64,000 nucleotides of DNA, taken from Phycisphaerae bacterium (lineage in GTDB: Bacteria > Planctomycetota > Phycisphaerae > UBA1845 > Fen-1342). The notes under the pieces were generated by a model. That model did not search any database and had not been told where the DNA came from. It saw nothing but the letters and a program-made list of their open reading frames with translations. The first letter of the stretch is position 1, and every line of letters starts with the position of its first letter. Shown in pieces: positions 50,748-62,455 of this stretch. The position numbers and the translations under genes are program-made. The DNA is taken from positions 1-64,000 of the forward strand of contig JASFQK010000023.1 in NCBI GenBank assembly GCA_050115495.1, written 5' to 3'.

Positions 50748-51680
50748 GTGTCGCACAGCGCCAGTGAGAATAGCGGCCGGGTGAGCGTCGTAATGCCGAC
50801 GTACAACCGGGCGAAGCTGCTGGGCCGGGCGATTGACAGTGCGCTGGCGCAGACGGCGGCGGAGCTGTGCGAAATCATCGTTGTCGACGACGGCAGCACG
50901 GACAACACGGCAGACGTCGTGGCCGCGTACGGCTCGCGCGTGCGCTACCTGCGGCAGGCAAACGCCGGCGCGAGCGCCGCGCGCAACGCGGGCATCCGGG
51001 CATCGACAGGCGAGTTCGTCGCCTTCCTCGACTCGGATGATCTGTGGGAGCCGGACAAGATCGAACGGCAACTGGCGGCGTTTGTGCGCTGGCCGGAGGC
51101 CGTGCTCGTGGGCGGACGCGCGGCGGATCGGTTTGCGGATGGACGGGTGCGGTTGCATCCGTTGCCGCCGATCGCGCTGGACGAGCCGGCGGACTTCTTC
51201 CTGCCGCTGCTGCGAACGAACTTCCTGGCGACGCTGACCGTCATGGTGCGGCGCGAAGCGCTGGCGGGCATCGAGCTGTTTCCCGAGGACGTGCAGCGGT
51301 TCGAGGATTATCACCTGTGGGTGCGGCTGGCGTGCCGCGGGCCGGGTGTGTACGTGTCGGCGCCGCTGGCGACGTACAACGCGGACACGCCGGGGAGCCT
51401 GTCGCAGGACCGCGAGGCGATGCTCGCCGCGGAGATCCAGGTGCGATACCTGCTGAAGGACGTGCTGCGTGAACGGCCGGACGGGCGCGAGTACTGGCAG
51501 CGGGCGCTGGCTCGTGTGCTGGCGAGTGCCCGCGACCGGGCGTATCGCGGGCGGCGCTTCGGCGAGGCGGCGCGGCTGGCGACGGCGACGCTCTGGCACC
51601 AGCCGTGGTCGCGGCCGTCGTGGGAATGGGGCCGACTGGTCGGGAGCCTGTGGCGGGCGGCGGTGACGCGCCCCGGGTAG
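50748..51680 (+). CDS. Glycosyltransferase family 2 (copy 2)
   Basis: VSVVMPTYNR, VVDDGSTD, FLDSDD, EDY. Confidence 0.9.
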   Translation: MSHSASENSGRVSVVMPTYNRAKLLGRAIDSALAQTAAELCEIIVVDDGSTDNTADVVAAYGSRVRYLRQANAGASAARNAGIRASTGEFVAFLDSDDLWEPDKIERQLAAFVRWPEAVLVGGRAADRFADGRVRLHPLPPIALDEPADFFLPLLRTNFLATLTVMVRREALAGIELFPEDVQRFEDYHLWVRLACRGPGVYVSAPLATYNADTPGSLSQDREAMLAAEIQVRYLLKDVLRERPDGREYWQRALARVLASARDRAYRGRRFGEAARLATATLWHQPWSRPSWEWGRLVGSLWRAAVTRPG

Positions 51681-51687
51681 ACGCGGC

Positions 51688-52656
51688 ATGAGCGGAGGAA
51701 CCGTGGTGAGTGCGGGCGCCGAGCTGGCTAGCGGACGCGTGACCGTCGTCATACCGACGCGGAACCGCGCCGCGCTGCTGGCGCAGGCCATCGACAGCGC
51801 CCTCGGTCAGACGGCTGCGGAGCGGTGTGACGTCGTCGTCGTCGACGACGGTAGCACGGACGATACGCCCGCCGTCGCCCGCCGATATGGGAGCCGTATT
51901 CGCTACATCCGGCAGCGGCAGGGCGGCGTGTCGGCGGCACGCAACACGGCCGTGTACGCCTGCCCGAACGAGTTCACCGCGTTTCTCGATGATGACGATC
52001 TGTGGGCCGCCGAGAAGATCGAGCGGCAACTGGCGGCGCTGGCGCGCTGGCCGGAGGCCGTGCTGGTGACGAACCTGGCGCGGGCCCGCAGCGCAGACGG
52101 GCGCGAGCGATTGCACGGTGTGCCGGCGATTCGGCTGGACGGGCCGACCGACCTGGCGCCGCCGCTGTTCGAGAACAACTTCGTGCCGACGCCGACGGTG
52201 ATGGTCCGCACGCGAGCATTGCATGCGGTCGGGCTGTTCGATACGCGGCTGCGCTGCGCGGAGGATGGGTACACGTGGGCACGGTTGGCATGTCGCGGGC
52301 CGGGCGTGTTCCTGGCTGAGCCGCTCACGACGTTCCGGGCGGCGACGGATGGCTTGTCCGGCGATCTGGAGCGGCTGCTGCGATATCAACTGCGCATTCG
52401 GTATCGGCTGGCGAGTGAATTACGCCGGCGGCCCGATTGCCGGCCGCACTGGCACCGCGGGTTGGCCCGGGCGCTGACGGATCTACGCGACCTGGCCTAT
52501 CGCCGCGGCGATTTTGCGACGGCGGCGCGCTATGGTCTGCATTCGCTGCTGCATCGGCCGTGGGGACGTTCGCGGTGGGAGTGGTATCGGCTGATCGAGT
52601 CGGCATGCCGGGCGGCGTTCGGCGGCGGTCAGACGGGGGTTGATTCGACGAGTTGA
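51688..52656 (+). CDS. Glycosyltransferase family 2 (copy 3)
   Basis: VTVVIPTRNR, VVDDGSTD, FLDDDD, ED. Confidence 0.9.
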   Translation: MSGGTVVSAGAELASGRVTVVIPTRNRAALLAQAIDSALGQTAAERCDVVVVDDGSTDDTPAVARRYGSRIRYIRQRQGGVSAARNTAVYACPNEFTAFLDDDDLWAAEKIERQLAALARWPEAVLVTNLARARSADGRERLHGVPAIRLDGPTDLAPPLFENNFVPTPTVMVRTRALHAVGLFDTRLRCAEDGYTWARLACRGPGVFLAEPLTTFRAATDGLSGDLERLLRYQLRIRYRLASELRRRPDCRPHWHRGLARALTDLRDLAYRRGDFATAARYGLHSLLHRPWGRSRWEWYRLIESACRAAFGGGQTGVDSTS

Positions 52657-53873
52657 GTGGGGCACGCGTTGTCCGCGGGGGTCGTCGGTTCGTCCAGGCC
52701 GAGGATCTGGTTGAGGCAGTCGGCCCAGGATGAGCGGTGCGAGGCCAGCGTGCGCGCCTGGTCGCCGAGAATCGCCAGCAGGCCGGGTTCCTGCGACAAA
52801 CGGCGGATGGCGGCGGCCAATGCGCCTGGTTGCTCGCGGTCGTATACGAGGCCGCCACCTTCGGCGGTGATGACCTCGGCGAAGCCGGCGCGGACGGCGG
52901 GCGGGTTGTGTCGCGGGACGATCGCCGGCCGGCCGCGAGCCATGCCTTCCAGCAGCGTGAGGCCGAAGTTTTCGTAAAGGCTGGTGGAGACGATGCAATC
53001 CGCGGCGGCGTAGAAGGGGCCAATGTGCGGATGACCGCCGACGAAGTGGACGCGCTCGCTGAGGCCGGCGGCCTCGGCTTGGGCGGCGAGGGCGGCGAAC
53101 TCCGGACCGTCGCCGACGATCACGACGTGTTCGCGGCCGTCGAGGTGGGTCCATTCGCGCAGGAGCCAGTCGAAGCTCTTGTTGTGATCGCAGACGCCGA
53201 CCGCCAACGCCAATAGACCGTCATCGGGCACAGCCAGCGCGTGACGCTGCCGGCGACGCTCGGCCGGATCGGCGTCGGCTGACGGGCAGGTGAAGTGGCA
53301 CAGCGCCAGGCGCTGCGTCGCGGTGGGATGGAAAGCCTGCGCTTCGCGCCAACTGGCGCGGCTGGGCAGCAAGACCAGGTCGGCGGCGGCGAGGGCGAGG
53401 TGCTCGGCGTGGCGAATGCCGGCGAGGTCCGCCCGCTGCCACAACGAGGGCGCGCGGTGTGGCGACCACGTGCACGGCAGGCAATGGCTTAGCAGACACG
53501 GGTAGACGTAAATGATCCGGGCGTTGGGCCAGGCTCGCCGGGCGGCGACCACCCAATGCATACTCTGGGCGACGAAGGCATGACGCGGCGGGGGCAGGTG
53601 CCGCAGGTGACGGGCGAGCTGTCCGGCCAGGTGCCAACTGGGGACGCGCCAGAGGATCGGCCGCCGACGGAGCGGGACATCGTATTGTGCGGGATCATCG
53701 GCATCGCCGGCGGGGCGCTGCCAAGTGGTGCCGAGCAGGAGCGTGGTCAGATCACGACGGCGGCACTCGGCGATGAGGCCGCGGGCCACGGACAATGCAC
53801 CACCCCAGCCGGCGACCGTACCGGAGCAGGCGAAGATGACGTCGCGGGAGGATGTTGGCGGCTGTGGGGACAA
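52629..53873 (-). CDS. Glycosyltransferase family 4
   Basis: GWGGA, IVGDGP, SLYENFGLTLLEGMARG. Start uncertain: the track ORF runs through a REP doublet, so TTG 53873 is preferred. Confidence 0.82.
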   Translation of the reverse strand: MSPQPPTSSRDVIFACSGTVAGWGGALSVARGLIAECRRRDLTTLLLGTTWQRPAGDADDPAQYDVPLRRRPILWRVPSWHLAGQLARHLRHLPPPRHAFVAQSMHWVVAARRAWPNARIIYVYPCLLSHCLPCTWSPHRAPSLWQRADLAGIRHAEHLALAAADLVLLPSRASWREAQAFHPTATQRLALCHFTCPSADADPAERRRQRHALAVPDDGLLALAVGVCDHNKSFDWLLREWTHLDGREHVVIVGDGPEFAALAAQAEAAGLSERVHFVGGHPHIGPFYAAADCIVSTSLYENFGLTLLEGMARGRPAIVPRHNPPAVRAGFAEVITAEGGGLVYDREQPGALAAAIRRLSQEPGLLAILGDQARTLASHRSSWADCLNQILGLDEPTTPADNACPTQLVESTPV

Positions 53874-53903
53874 CAGCGTATCCGGTCGTAAGCTCTGCAA
53901 CAC

Positions 53904-53968
53904 GGGTGGGGCGGGCGTCTCGCCCGCCGGGTGCCCAGCGAGTGGCAGGCGAGACGCCTGCCCCACCC
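53904..53968. repeat. REP doublet (REPIN-like inverted pair)
   Basis: 25-bp inverted arms GGGTGGGGCGGGCGTCTCGCCCGCC / GGCAGGCGAGACGCCTGCCCCACCC with a 15-nt spacer. Each arm is itself a hairpin. Confidence 0.8.
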
Positions 53969-54068
53969 AAGTTGGGATGCGAACAGCAGTCAGAGACAGC
54001 ACCAGTGGTTTCTATCGGTTGGGTTGGCGGGTGACGGAAGGACCGATAACGGCGGCGGCCCGTGGGGA

Positions 54069-55601
54069 TCAGCGGGCGCCGAGGAGGAACGTGCCGATCG
54101 TGCGGATGATGATGCCGAAGTCCATGTCGATCGAGCGGTGCTTGAGGTAGTACAGGTCGAAGCACAGCTTGCGGTACGTGTCCTCGACGGTGGCGCCGTA
54201 GGGGAAGTGGATCTGGGCCCAGCCGGTCAGACCCGGCTTGAGCAGGTGGCGCTGGCGGTAGTGCGGGATGGCCTTGCTGAGATGGTCGACGAACTCGGGC
54301 CGTTCCGGGCGCGGGCCGACGATCGACATCTCGCCGCACAGGATGTTCCAAAGCTGGGGCAATTCGTCCATGCGCGAGAGGCGCAGGAAGCGCCCGATGC
54401 GCGTGACGCGCGGGTCGTTCTTGTCCGCCCAGCGGGCACCGTCCTTCTCGGCGTCGACCCGCATGGTGCGGAACTTGTAGATCGTGAAGATGCGGCCGTG
54501 GCGGCCAACGCGGCGCTGGCGGAAGAAGACCGGGCCGGCGCTGTCCAGGCGGATCGCGATGGCGATAAGGACCCAGAGCGGCAGCGACAGGACGAGGCCG
54601 ATCGTGGCGGCGACAACGTCCAGCAGGCGCTTGATCATCTCGTAACCGCTGTCGCTCTGGACGTCGGCGACGAGGAACCACTGGGCGTCGATATCCTCGA
54701 TGGGCACCTGGCTGAGCAGCTTTTCGACGAAGGTGGGCTGGTCGGTTACGCGGCAGCGGCGATCGAGGCAGGTCAGCACGGTGCGGCCGACCGCCGGATC
54801 GGCGCTCAGTTCGGCGCCGACGACCACTTCGTCGATGTCGTGTTCCTTGAGGACCGGTTCGAGGTCGTCGAGGGTGCCGAGGCAGGGGCAGGATCGGCGG
54901 AACTCGCGTTCGCTGTCGGCGATGAAGCGCGTCTGCGTCGAGCAGGAGACGACAGGTTGGTCATCGAGGCGCAGGTGGCCGGCGATCTCGATGTGCGGGC
55001 GCGGCGTACGTCCGAGAAGGGCGACGGCGTCGCGGACCGAGTCGCCACAACCAACGCAGAGGACCCGCCGGCGGACGTCGGTGACGGCTTCGTGGGCGAA
55101 CAGGCGCGCTCCGATGGTCACGGCGCAGCAGGGCAGCGCGACGAGCAGGCTGAGCCAGCGTGACGTTGCGCTGTAGAAGAGCAGGAAGATGCAGGCGTGG
55201 GCCAGGATGAGGCCGAAGCCCAGCGTCATGATGGTGCGCACCATGATGCGGCTGCGGGCCGCCAGCGTCTTGTTCTCATAAAGACCGAAGACCAGGCCGG
55301 CCAGGATGAAACTGCCGCCGAAGGTCATGCCGCTGAGGAGGGGGCCGGCGACCCAGGTGAAGCCGCCGTGGCCGAAGACGAGCAGCGAGTGCGCGCCGTA
55401 GGTGGCCAGCGCCACGAAGATGAAGTCGAAGTAGGCCCAGAGGGTGGGACCGGCGTGGCCGAGCGTGCGCCACAGACCGGGGACCGGCCGCTTGCGGGAT
55501 TGCGGCCGCCGGCGGGCGACGGTCGGTGACCCCGGGCGCGACGGCGCGACGGCCTGAGCGGTAGGCGTTCCCGTTACTGAAGAATCTGCCGCAATACTCA
55601 T
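54069..55601 (-). CDS. Priming polyprenyl glycosylphosphotransferase (WcaJ/WbaP family)
   Basis: N-terminal TMs, KRLLD, KFRTM, DPRVT..GRFLR..DELPQLWN, GPRPERP, KPGLTGWAQ, DLYY. Confidence 0.93.
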   Translation of the reverse strand: MSIAADSSVTGTPTAQAVAPSRPGSPTVARRRPQSRKRPVPGLWRTLGHAGPTLWAYFDFIFVALATYGAHSLLVFGHGGFTWVAGPLLSGMTFGGSFILAGLVFGLYENKTLAARSRIMVRTIMTLGFGLILAHACIFLLFYSATSRWLSLLVALPCCAVTIGARLFAHEAVTDVRRRVLCVGCGDSVRDAVALLGRTPRPHIEIAGHLRLDDQPVVSCSTQTRFIADSEREFRRSCPCLGTLDDLEPVLKEHDIDEVVVGAELSADPAVGRTVLTCLDRRCRVTDQPTFVEKLLSQVPIEDIDAQWFLVADVQSDSGYEMIKRLLDVVAATIGLVLSLPLWVLIAIAIRLDSAGPVFFRQRRVGRHGRIFTIYKFRTMRVDAEKDGARWADKNDPRVTRIGRFLRLSRMDELPQLWNILCGEMSIVGPRPERPEFVDHLSKAIPHYRQRHLLKPGLTGWAQIHFPYGATVEDTYRKLCFDLYYLKHRSIDMDFGIIIRTIGTFLLGAR

Positions 55602-55898
55602 GCGCGTACCATGCTTCCCTGTGCCTCGGGATTCACTTCCTCGAAGTCATCGGTTGCCCCTGGGTGGACCGTGAGTTACGGCAGTGCGGTTCGGGGGCGC
55701 ACGTTCCGCGCCGCCGTTACCGGTCCTGAGGCGGCCGGGCGGCGCGGCAACGGGGTGGTCCGAGAACCGCGGTTTCCCCTTCGTCGCTGCGAAAAACGAG
55801 TGGATCGGGGCCCTGGTCCACTTTGGTGGTCTTCTAAATCATGTCCCCACCACTCCGTTTCGATAACAACACCAAGACGCGATCGACGGAGTACCAGG

Positions 55899-56789
55899 AT
55901 GCTTCGCGCTGTTAGCGCTTGTCTGATCACGGGCGTGCTGTCCGTCCTGCTGGCCGGCTGTCAGACCGGTCATCGGGTGGCATACGAGGCGCGCCTGGAA
56001 ATGACGAGCCTGCACGCGGGGCTGCCCATGCCGGACAACTCCTTCACGCAACTGACCGGGGGTCAGACGCAGAACCGTTTCCCTTGTCCGCTGGCCATTG
56101 CCCGGCTCGTTCCGGGGAAGGATGCGGAAGAGGGTGCGCTGGTCACGGCGAAGATGACGCCCGCGGAACAGTCGGCCTGGGCCGAGGCGTTTCGCGGGTT
56201 CAGTGCGATCCGGCACCTGGTGTTCCTCGCGCCGCGCAGCCTGCTGCCCGACGGGCGTGACGACATGCAGGCGCTGCTGGCCGCGGCCGGTCGCATCAAC
56301 GCCCCGCTGCTTCTCGTGCACGTCGTGAACCGTTACGGGCCGAACTCGGCCCAGGTGTTCGGCGTGCTGTACGACGTGGCGAGTGGTTCGCCGCTGGCGA
56401 CGGTGGGTGCGTCGCAACGCATCCTCGACGAAGACGGCGACGAAGTGGCCCTGGACAACGAGCACGAGGATTTGCGGGAGATGGATGCCCGCTACCAGGC
56501 CACGCGCAGTTTTGAGACGTATACGGTGGCCTGCCTTCGCGAGCAGGTAGGCCTAGATGTGCCGCCGGAGCATCCGCTGGAGCATGACTGGTTCCCGATC
56601 TACCCGCGGTACCAGATGATGCCGCCGCCGCCGGCCAAGGGTGCGGCACCGGCCGGCGGGTCGCCGGCGGGTGCGGCGCCGGCCGCGCCGACGACGCAGC
56701 CGGTGGGGTCGAACCCGGAGGGGCTGCCGCCGCCGGCGCCCAACCGGCCCATGCGGGTGGCCACGCCGCGGCGTCCTGCCAATCCCTGA
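55899..56789 (+). CDS. Hypothetical lipoprotein
   Basis: ATG 55899, signal peptide with lipobox LAGC, Pro/Ala-rich C-terminus. Confidence 0.7.
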   Translation: MLRAVSACLITGVLSVLLAGCQTGHRVAYEARLEMTSLHAGLPMPDNSFTQLTGGQTQNRFPCPLAIARLVPGKDAEEGALVTAKMTPAEQSAWAEAFRGFSAIRHLVFLAPRSLLPDGRDDMQALLAAAGRINAPLLLVHVVNRYGPNSAQVFGVLYDVASGSPLATVGASQRILDEDGDEVALDNEHEDLREMDARYQATRSFETYTVACLREQVGLDVPPEHPLEHDWFPIYPRYQMMPPPPAKGAAPAGGSPAGAAPAAPTTQPVGSNPEGLPPPAPNRPMRVATPRRPANP

Positions 56790-56860
56790 CCGGTCGCGAC
56801 CGGGGGTCGGGAAGGTCCGATCACTGTGCCGCACCGGGGTGGGGGGCTAGAATCCTGACC

Positions 56861-57670
56861 ATGAGCGCGGATCCCCTGAACGCCACGCTGATCGAGCGCC
56901 ATGATCTCAATGAGATGTTGAGCATCGTGCGGGTGCGCCCGGACAGCGGGCGGGTACCGGACTTCACGCCGGGACAGTTCATCACACTGGGGCTGCCGAA
57001 GGAGATACCGGCGGAGGTGGCCGCGATTCGGCCGCGGCGGCCGGGTCGGACGCCGATGACACGGCGGGCGTATTCGATCGCCTCGCCGCCGGGCGAGACC
57101 GAGGCGTACGAGCTGTTCGTCGTGCTGGTGACGGAGGGAAAGCTGACGCCGAAGATGTGGACGCTGAGCGAGGGGGACCGGTTGTGGATGGACGAGGTGG
57201 CAAAGGGGGAATTCACGCTGGAGCGGGTGCCGGCGGGGCAGGATCTCGTGTTGATCTCGACCGGGACGGGGATTGCTCCGTTCATGTCGATGCTGCGCCA
57301 CTACCGGGGGACGGGGCGGTGGCGGCGCGTGGTGCTGATTAACGGCGTGCGGCGGGTGAGCGACCTCGGCTACCGGGCGGAGTTGGAGGCGATCTGCCGC
57401 GAAGACGCCAGCGTGCGGCACGTGCCGGTCGTGTCGCGGGAAGGGAAGGCGGACGGCTGGGACGGCTTGCACGGGCGGGTGCCGGCGGTCCTCGAACCGG
57501 AGACGTATGAACGGCTGGTGGGCAGCCCGCTGGATCCGGCGAGCTGCCAGGTGTGTCTTTGCGGGAACCCGGGGATGATCGACGACGTCGAGGCCCTGCT
57601 GCATGAACGCGGCTTCCGAACGCAGACGGACGATCAGCCGGGCAACATCCACGTGGAACGCTACTGGTGA
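56861..57670 (+). CDS. fpr: Ferredoxin-NADP+ reductase
   Basis: FTPGQF, RRAYSIAS, GKLT, STGTGIAPF, CGNPGMI, ERYW. Confidence 0.92.
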   Translation: MSADPLNATLIERHDLNEMLSIVRVRPDSGRVPDFTPGQFITLGLPKEIPAEVAAIRPRRPGRTPMTRRAYSIASPPGETEAYELFVVLVTEGKLTPKMWTLSEGDRLWMDEVAKGEFTLERVPAGQDLVLISTGTGIAPFMSMLRHYRGTGRWRRVVLINGVRRVSDLGYRAELEAICREDASVRHVPVVSREGKADGWDGLHGRVPAVLEPETYERLVGSPLDPASCQVCLCGNPGMIDDVEALLHERGFRTQTDDQPGNIHVERYW

Positions 57671-57721
57671 CCAGGGCGGCGGCCTGCGGGCCGGTGCCGC
57701 GAGTGCCGAGGGAGCCTGCCG

Positions 57722-60301
<2,580 letters not shown>

Positions 60302-60349
60302 GCCGGCCGGGGGGCCGAGTCACGGAGCACGGTGATCGGTCGCGATCGC

Positions 60350-60463
60350 CTACTTGGCGCAGCGTGAGCGGCAGCCAGTCCTGGCGGTCTTCTTCTTGGC
60401 GACCTTCTTCTTGGCCACCTTCTTCTTAGCCACCTTCTTCTTGGCGACTTTCTTCTTGGCCAT
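60350..60463 (-). CDS. 37-aa lysine-rich histone H1/HC2-like small protein (not in ORF track)
   Basis: GGAGG RBS then ATG. Translates to MAKKKVAKKKVAKKKVAKKKVAKKKTARTGCRSRCAK. Repeats vary at synonymous third positions. Confidence 0.8.
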   Translation of the reverse strand: MAKKKVAKKKVAKKKVAKKKVAKKKTARTGCRSRCAK

Positions 60464-60702
60464 GGCGCATTCCTCCAAGAGACTTTGCCCACAAACGCTT
60501 GTGAGTCGCCGCAGTATCTAGCAAATGGCCACCGGCAAGTCAACGACCTTTCTGGCGCTGTTGCGTCACGAAATTGGGGTCGGGGTCGCGGGGTTGGTCG
60601 GGCGGCCGTTGGCCTACCCGGGGCGCGCGGGTCGGGGTAAGCTGTCGGGCGCACGAGTGCCTGCGGGCCGGGGACGCGCACTCGGGAAAGGAACGTGCGG
60701 GA

Positions 60703-62220
60703 ATGCCTACGAAAATCGCGATCTTCTGGCCTGGTGACTATCGCCCCAAACCCAACGAGCAGGCCCTGCCCAACGTGCAGCAGGCTACCGCCCAGCTCGA
60801 GGGCGCGCTGAAGAAGCTCGGTCGACCCAGCTACCGCATCGAGGGATTTCTCACTCGCCCGCACGAGGCCATCGAGAAGCTCGGGCCCGTTGAGGACCCG
60901 CTCATCGGCGTTTGCGTCCACTGGTTCTACGGACCGCACACTACCGACGGCGTCGTGGGCAAGGACAACCCGCTGCTGCTGGCCAGCAACTTCTCCGGCA
61001 CGTGGCCCGGGCTGGTGGGTTTGCTGAACACCGGGGCTTGCCTGGAAAGCGTCGGGCGCAGCTTCTCCCGAGCCTGGACGAGCGCCGACGACTGGACCAG
61101 TGACGCGGCCTTCATGGCTCACCTTGATGAGTGGTGCACCACCGGACGCATCCGCTACCCCGAGGACGAATTGCACTACACCGCGGCGATCACGCCCGAG
61201 GCCCGGCAAGTCGCGGAGCAGGTGGCCGGCGACATCCGCCGGCGGCGGGCGCTGGCCCTCATGCTCGGCGATACCTCGATGGGCATGATCAACGGCTACT
61301 TCGGCCACCGGCTGCTCAACCCGATCGGCTTCACCGAGCACAAGGTCGATCAGGCCTGGATCATCGACCGCGGCCGGCGGATCGAGGACAAGCGGCTCGA
61401 CGCGGCCCTGGCCTTCGTCAAGGAGAAGGGCGTCACGTTCCACTGGGGCGAGGGCGACGCCGCCGACTTCGACGAGAAGGCGACCCGCGAGCAGTTGCGC
61501 GACTACCTGGTGGTGCTGGACCTGGTGCGCGAATTCCGGGCCGACTGCGTCGGCTGGCAGTACCAGTTGGGCCTGCTGCCGCTGCGGCCGCCGTCGGACT
61601 TCGCCGAGGGGCTGCTCAACAGCGCGTGTCGCCCGGAAGGGGACGGTGACACGATTGCCACGGCGACCGAGGGCGACCAGGGCAACCTGGTGCCGATGGA
61701 GCTGATGAAACGCGTGCTGAAGGCGCGGAAGCTGCACCAGGGCGTGATGTTCCACGACGTCCGCTGGTGCGGCGAGCACGACGGCCGCGACGTGTGGGTG
61801 CTGCTCAACAGCGGCTCGTGCAGCGCGTACGCCTTCAACCACGACCCCGCTTCGCTGGCCGGCGTGCATTCCTATCGCCAGCCGGCGGGGTATTTCCCGG
61901 TACCGGGCGGGACGTTCACCGGCGAGAGCCTGCCCGGGCGGATCACCTGGTCGCGGGCGTACCTCAAGGGCGGCGAGTTGTGGATGGACGTCGGCCGCGG
62001 CGAAGTGGTCAAGCTGCCGCCGGCCAAGCGCGACGCCTGGTGGTCGGGCACGACGCGGGAGTGGCCGCTGATGACCGCTGACCTGGGCGTGCGGCTCGAT
62101 ACGATCATGGCCCACTACCTGAGCAACCACGTGGCCGTGGCCTACGGCGACATCTTCGGCGAGATGGTGGCCCTGAGTCAGGCGCTGGGCTTCAAGGTGC
62201 GCGTGCTCGGCACCGAGTAA
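60703..62220 (+). CDS. L-fucose/L-arabinose isomerase family protein
   Basis: Start ATG 60703. WPGLVGLLN, GWQYQLG, and putative metal ligands in TEGD, FHDVRW and SNHVAVAYGD, matching the FucI Glu/Asp/His pattern. Confidence 0.8.
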   Translation: MPTKIAIFWPGDYRPKPNEQALPNVQQATAQLEGALKKLGRPSYRIEGFLTRPHEAIEKLGPVEDPLIGVCVHWFYGPHTTDGVVGKDNPLLLASNFSGTWPGLVGLLNTGACLESVGRSFSRAWTSADDWTSDAAFMAHLDEWCTTGRIRYPEDELHYTAAITPEARQVAEQVAGDIRRRRALALMLGDTSMGMINGYFGHRLLNPIGFTEHKVDQAWIIDRGRRIEDKRLDAALAFVKEKGVTFHWGEGDAADFDEKATREQLRDYLVVLDLVREFRADCVGWQYQLGLLPLRPPSDFAEGLLNSACRPEGDGDTIATATEGDQGNLVPMELMKRVLKARKLHQGVMFHDVRWCGEHDGRDVWVLLNSGSCSAYAFNHDPASLAGVHSYRQPAGYFPVPGGTFTGESLPGRITWSRAYLKGGELWMDVGRGEVVKLPPAKRDAWWSGTTREWPLMTADLGVRLDTIMAHYLSNHVAVAYGDIFGEMVALSQALGFKVRVLGTE

Positions 62221-62455
62221 GCGGGCCGGCCGACAGAGCCGAAGCATTGGTGTTTGCTGCGTCCGCGGCCGCATGGTTCGCGGACGTAGCCGTCTGCTTG
62301 ACCAGCCTCGGTTTGGGGGGAAGAATCCGTCGAAGCACGTTTGATGGCGGCCGGGGAAGGAAGCATCCCGCACGCCCCAGAAAAACTACCGCGCGCGACG
62401 GCCAGGCAGGGATGTGCCCCAGGCCGGACGTGCGCCAGCGCTGCAGGGCCGAGCC

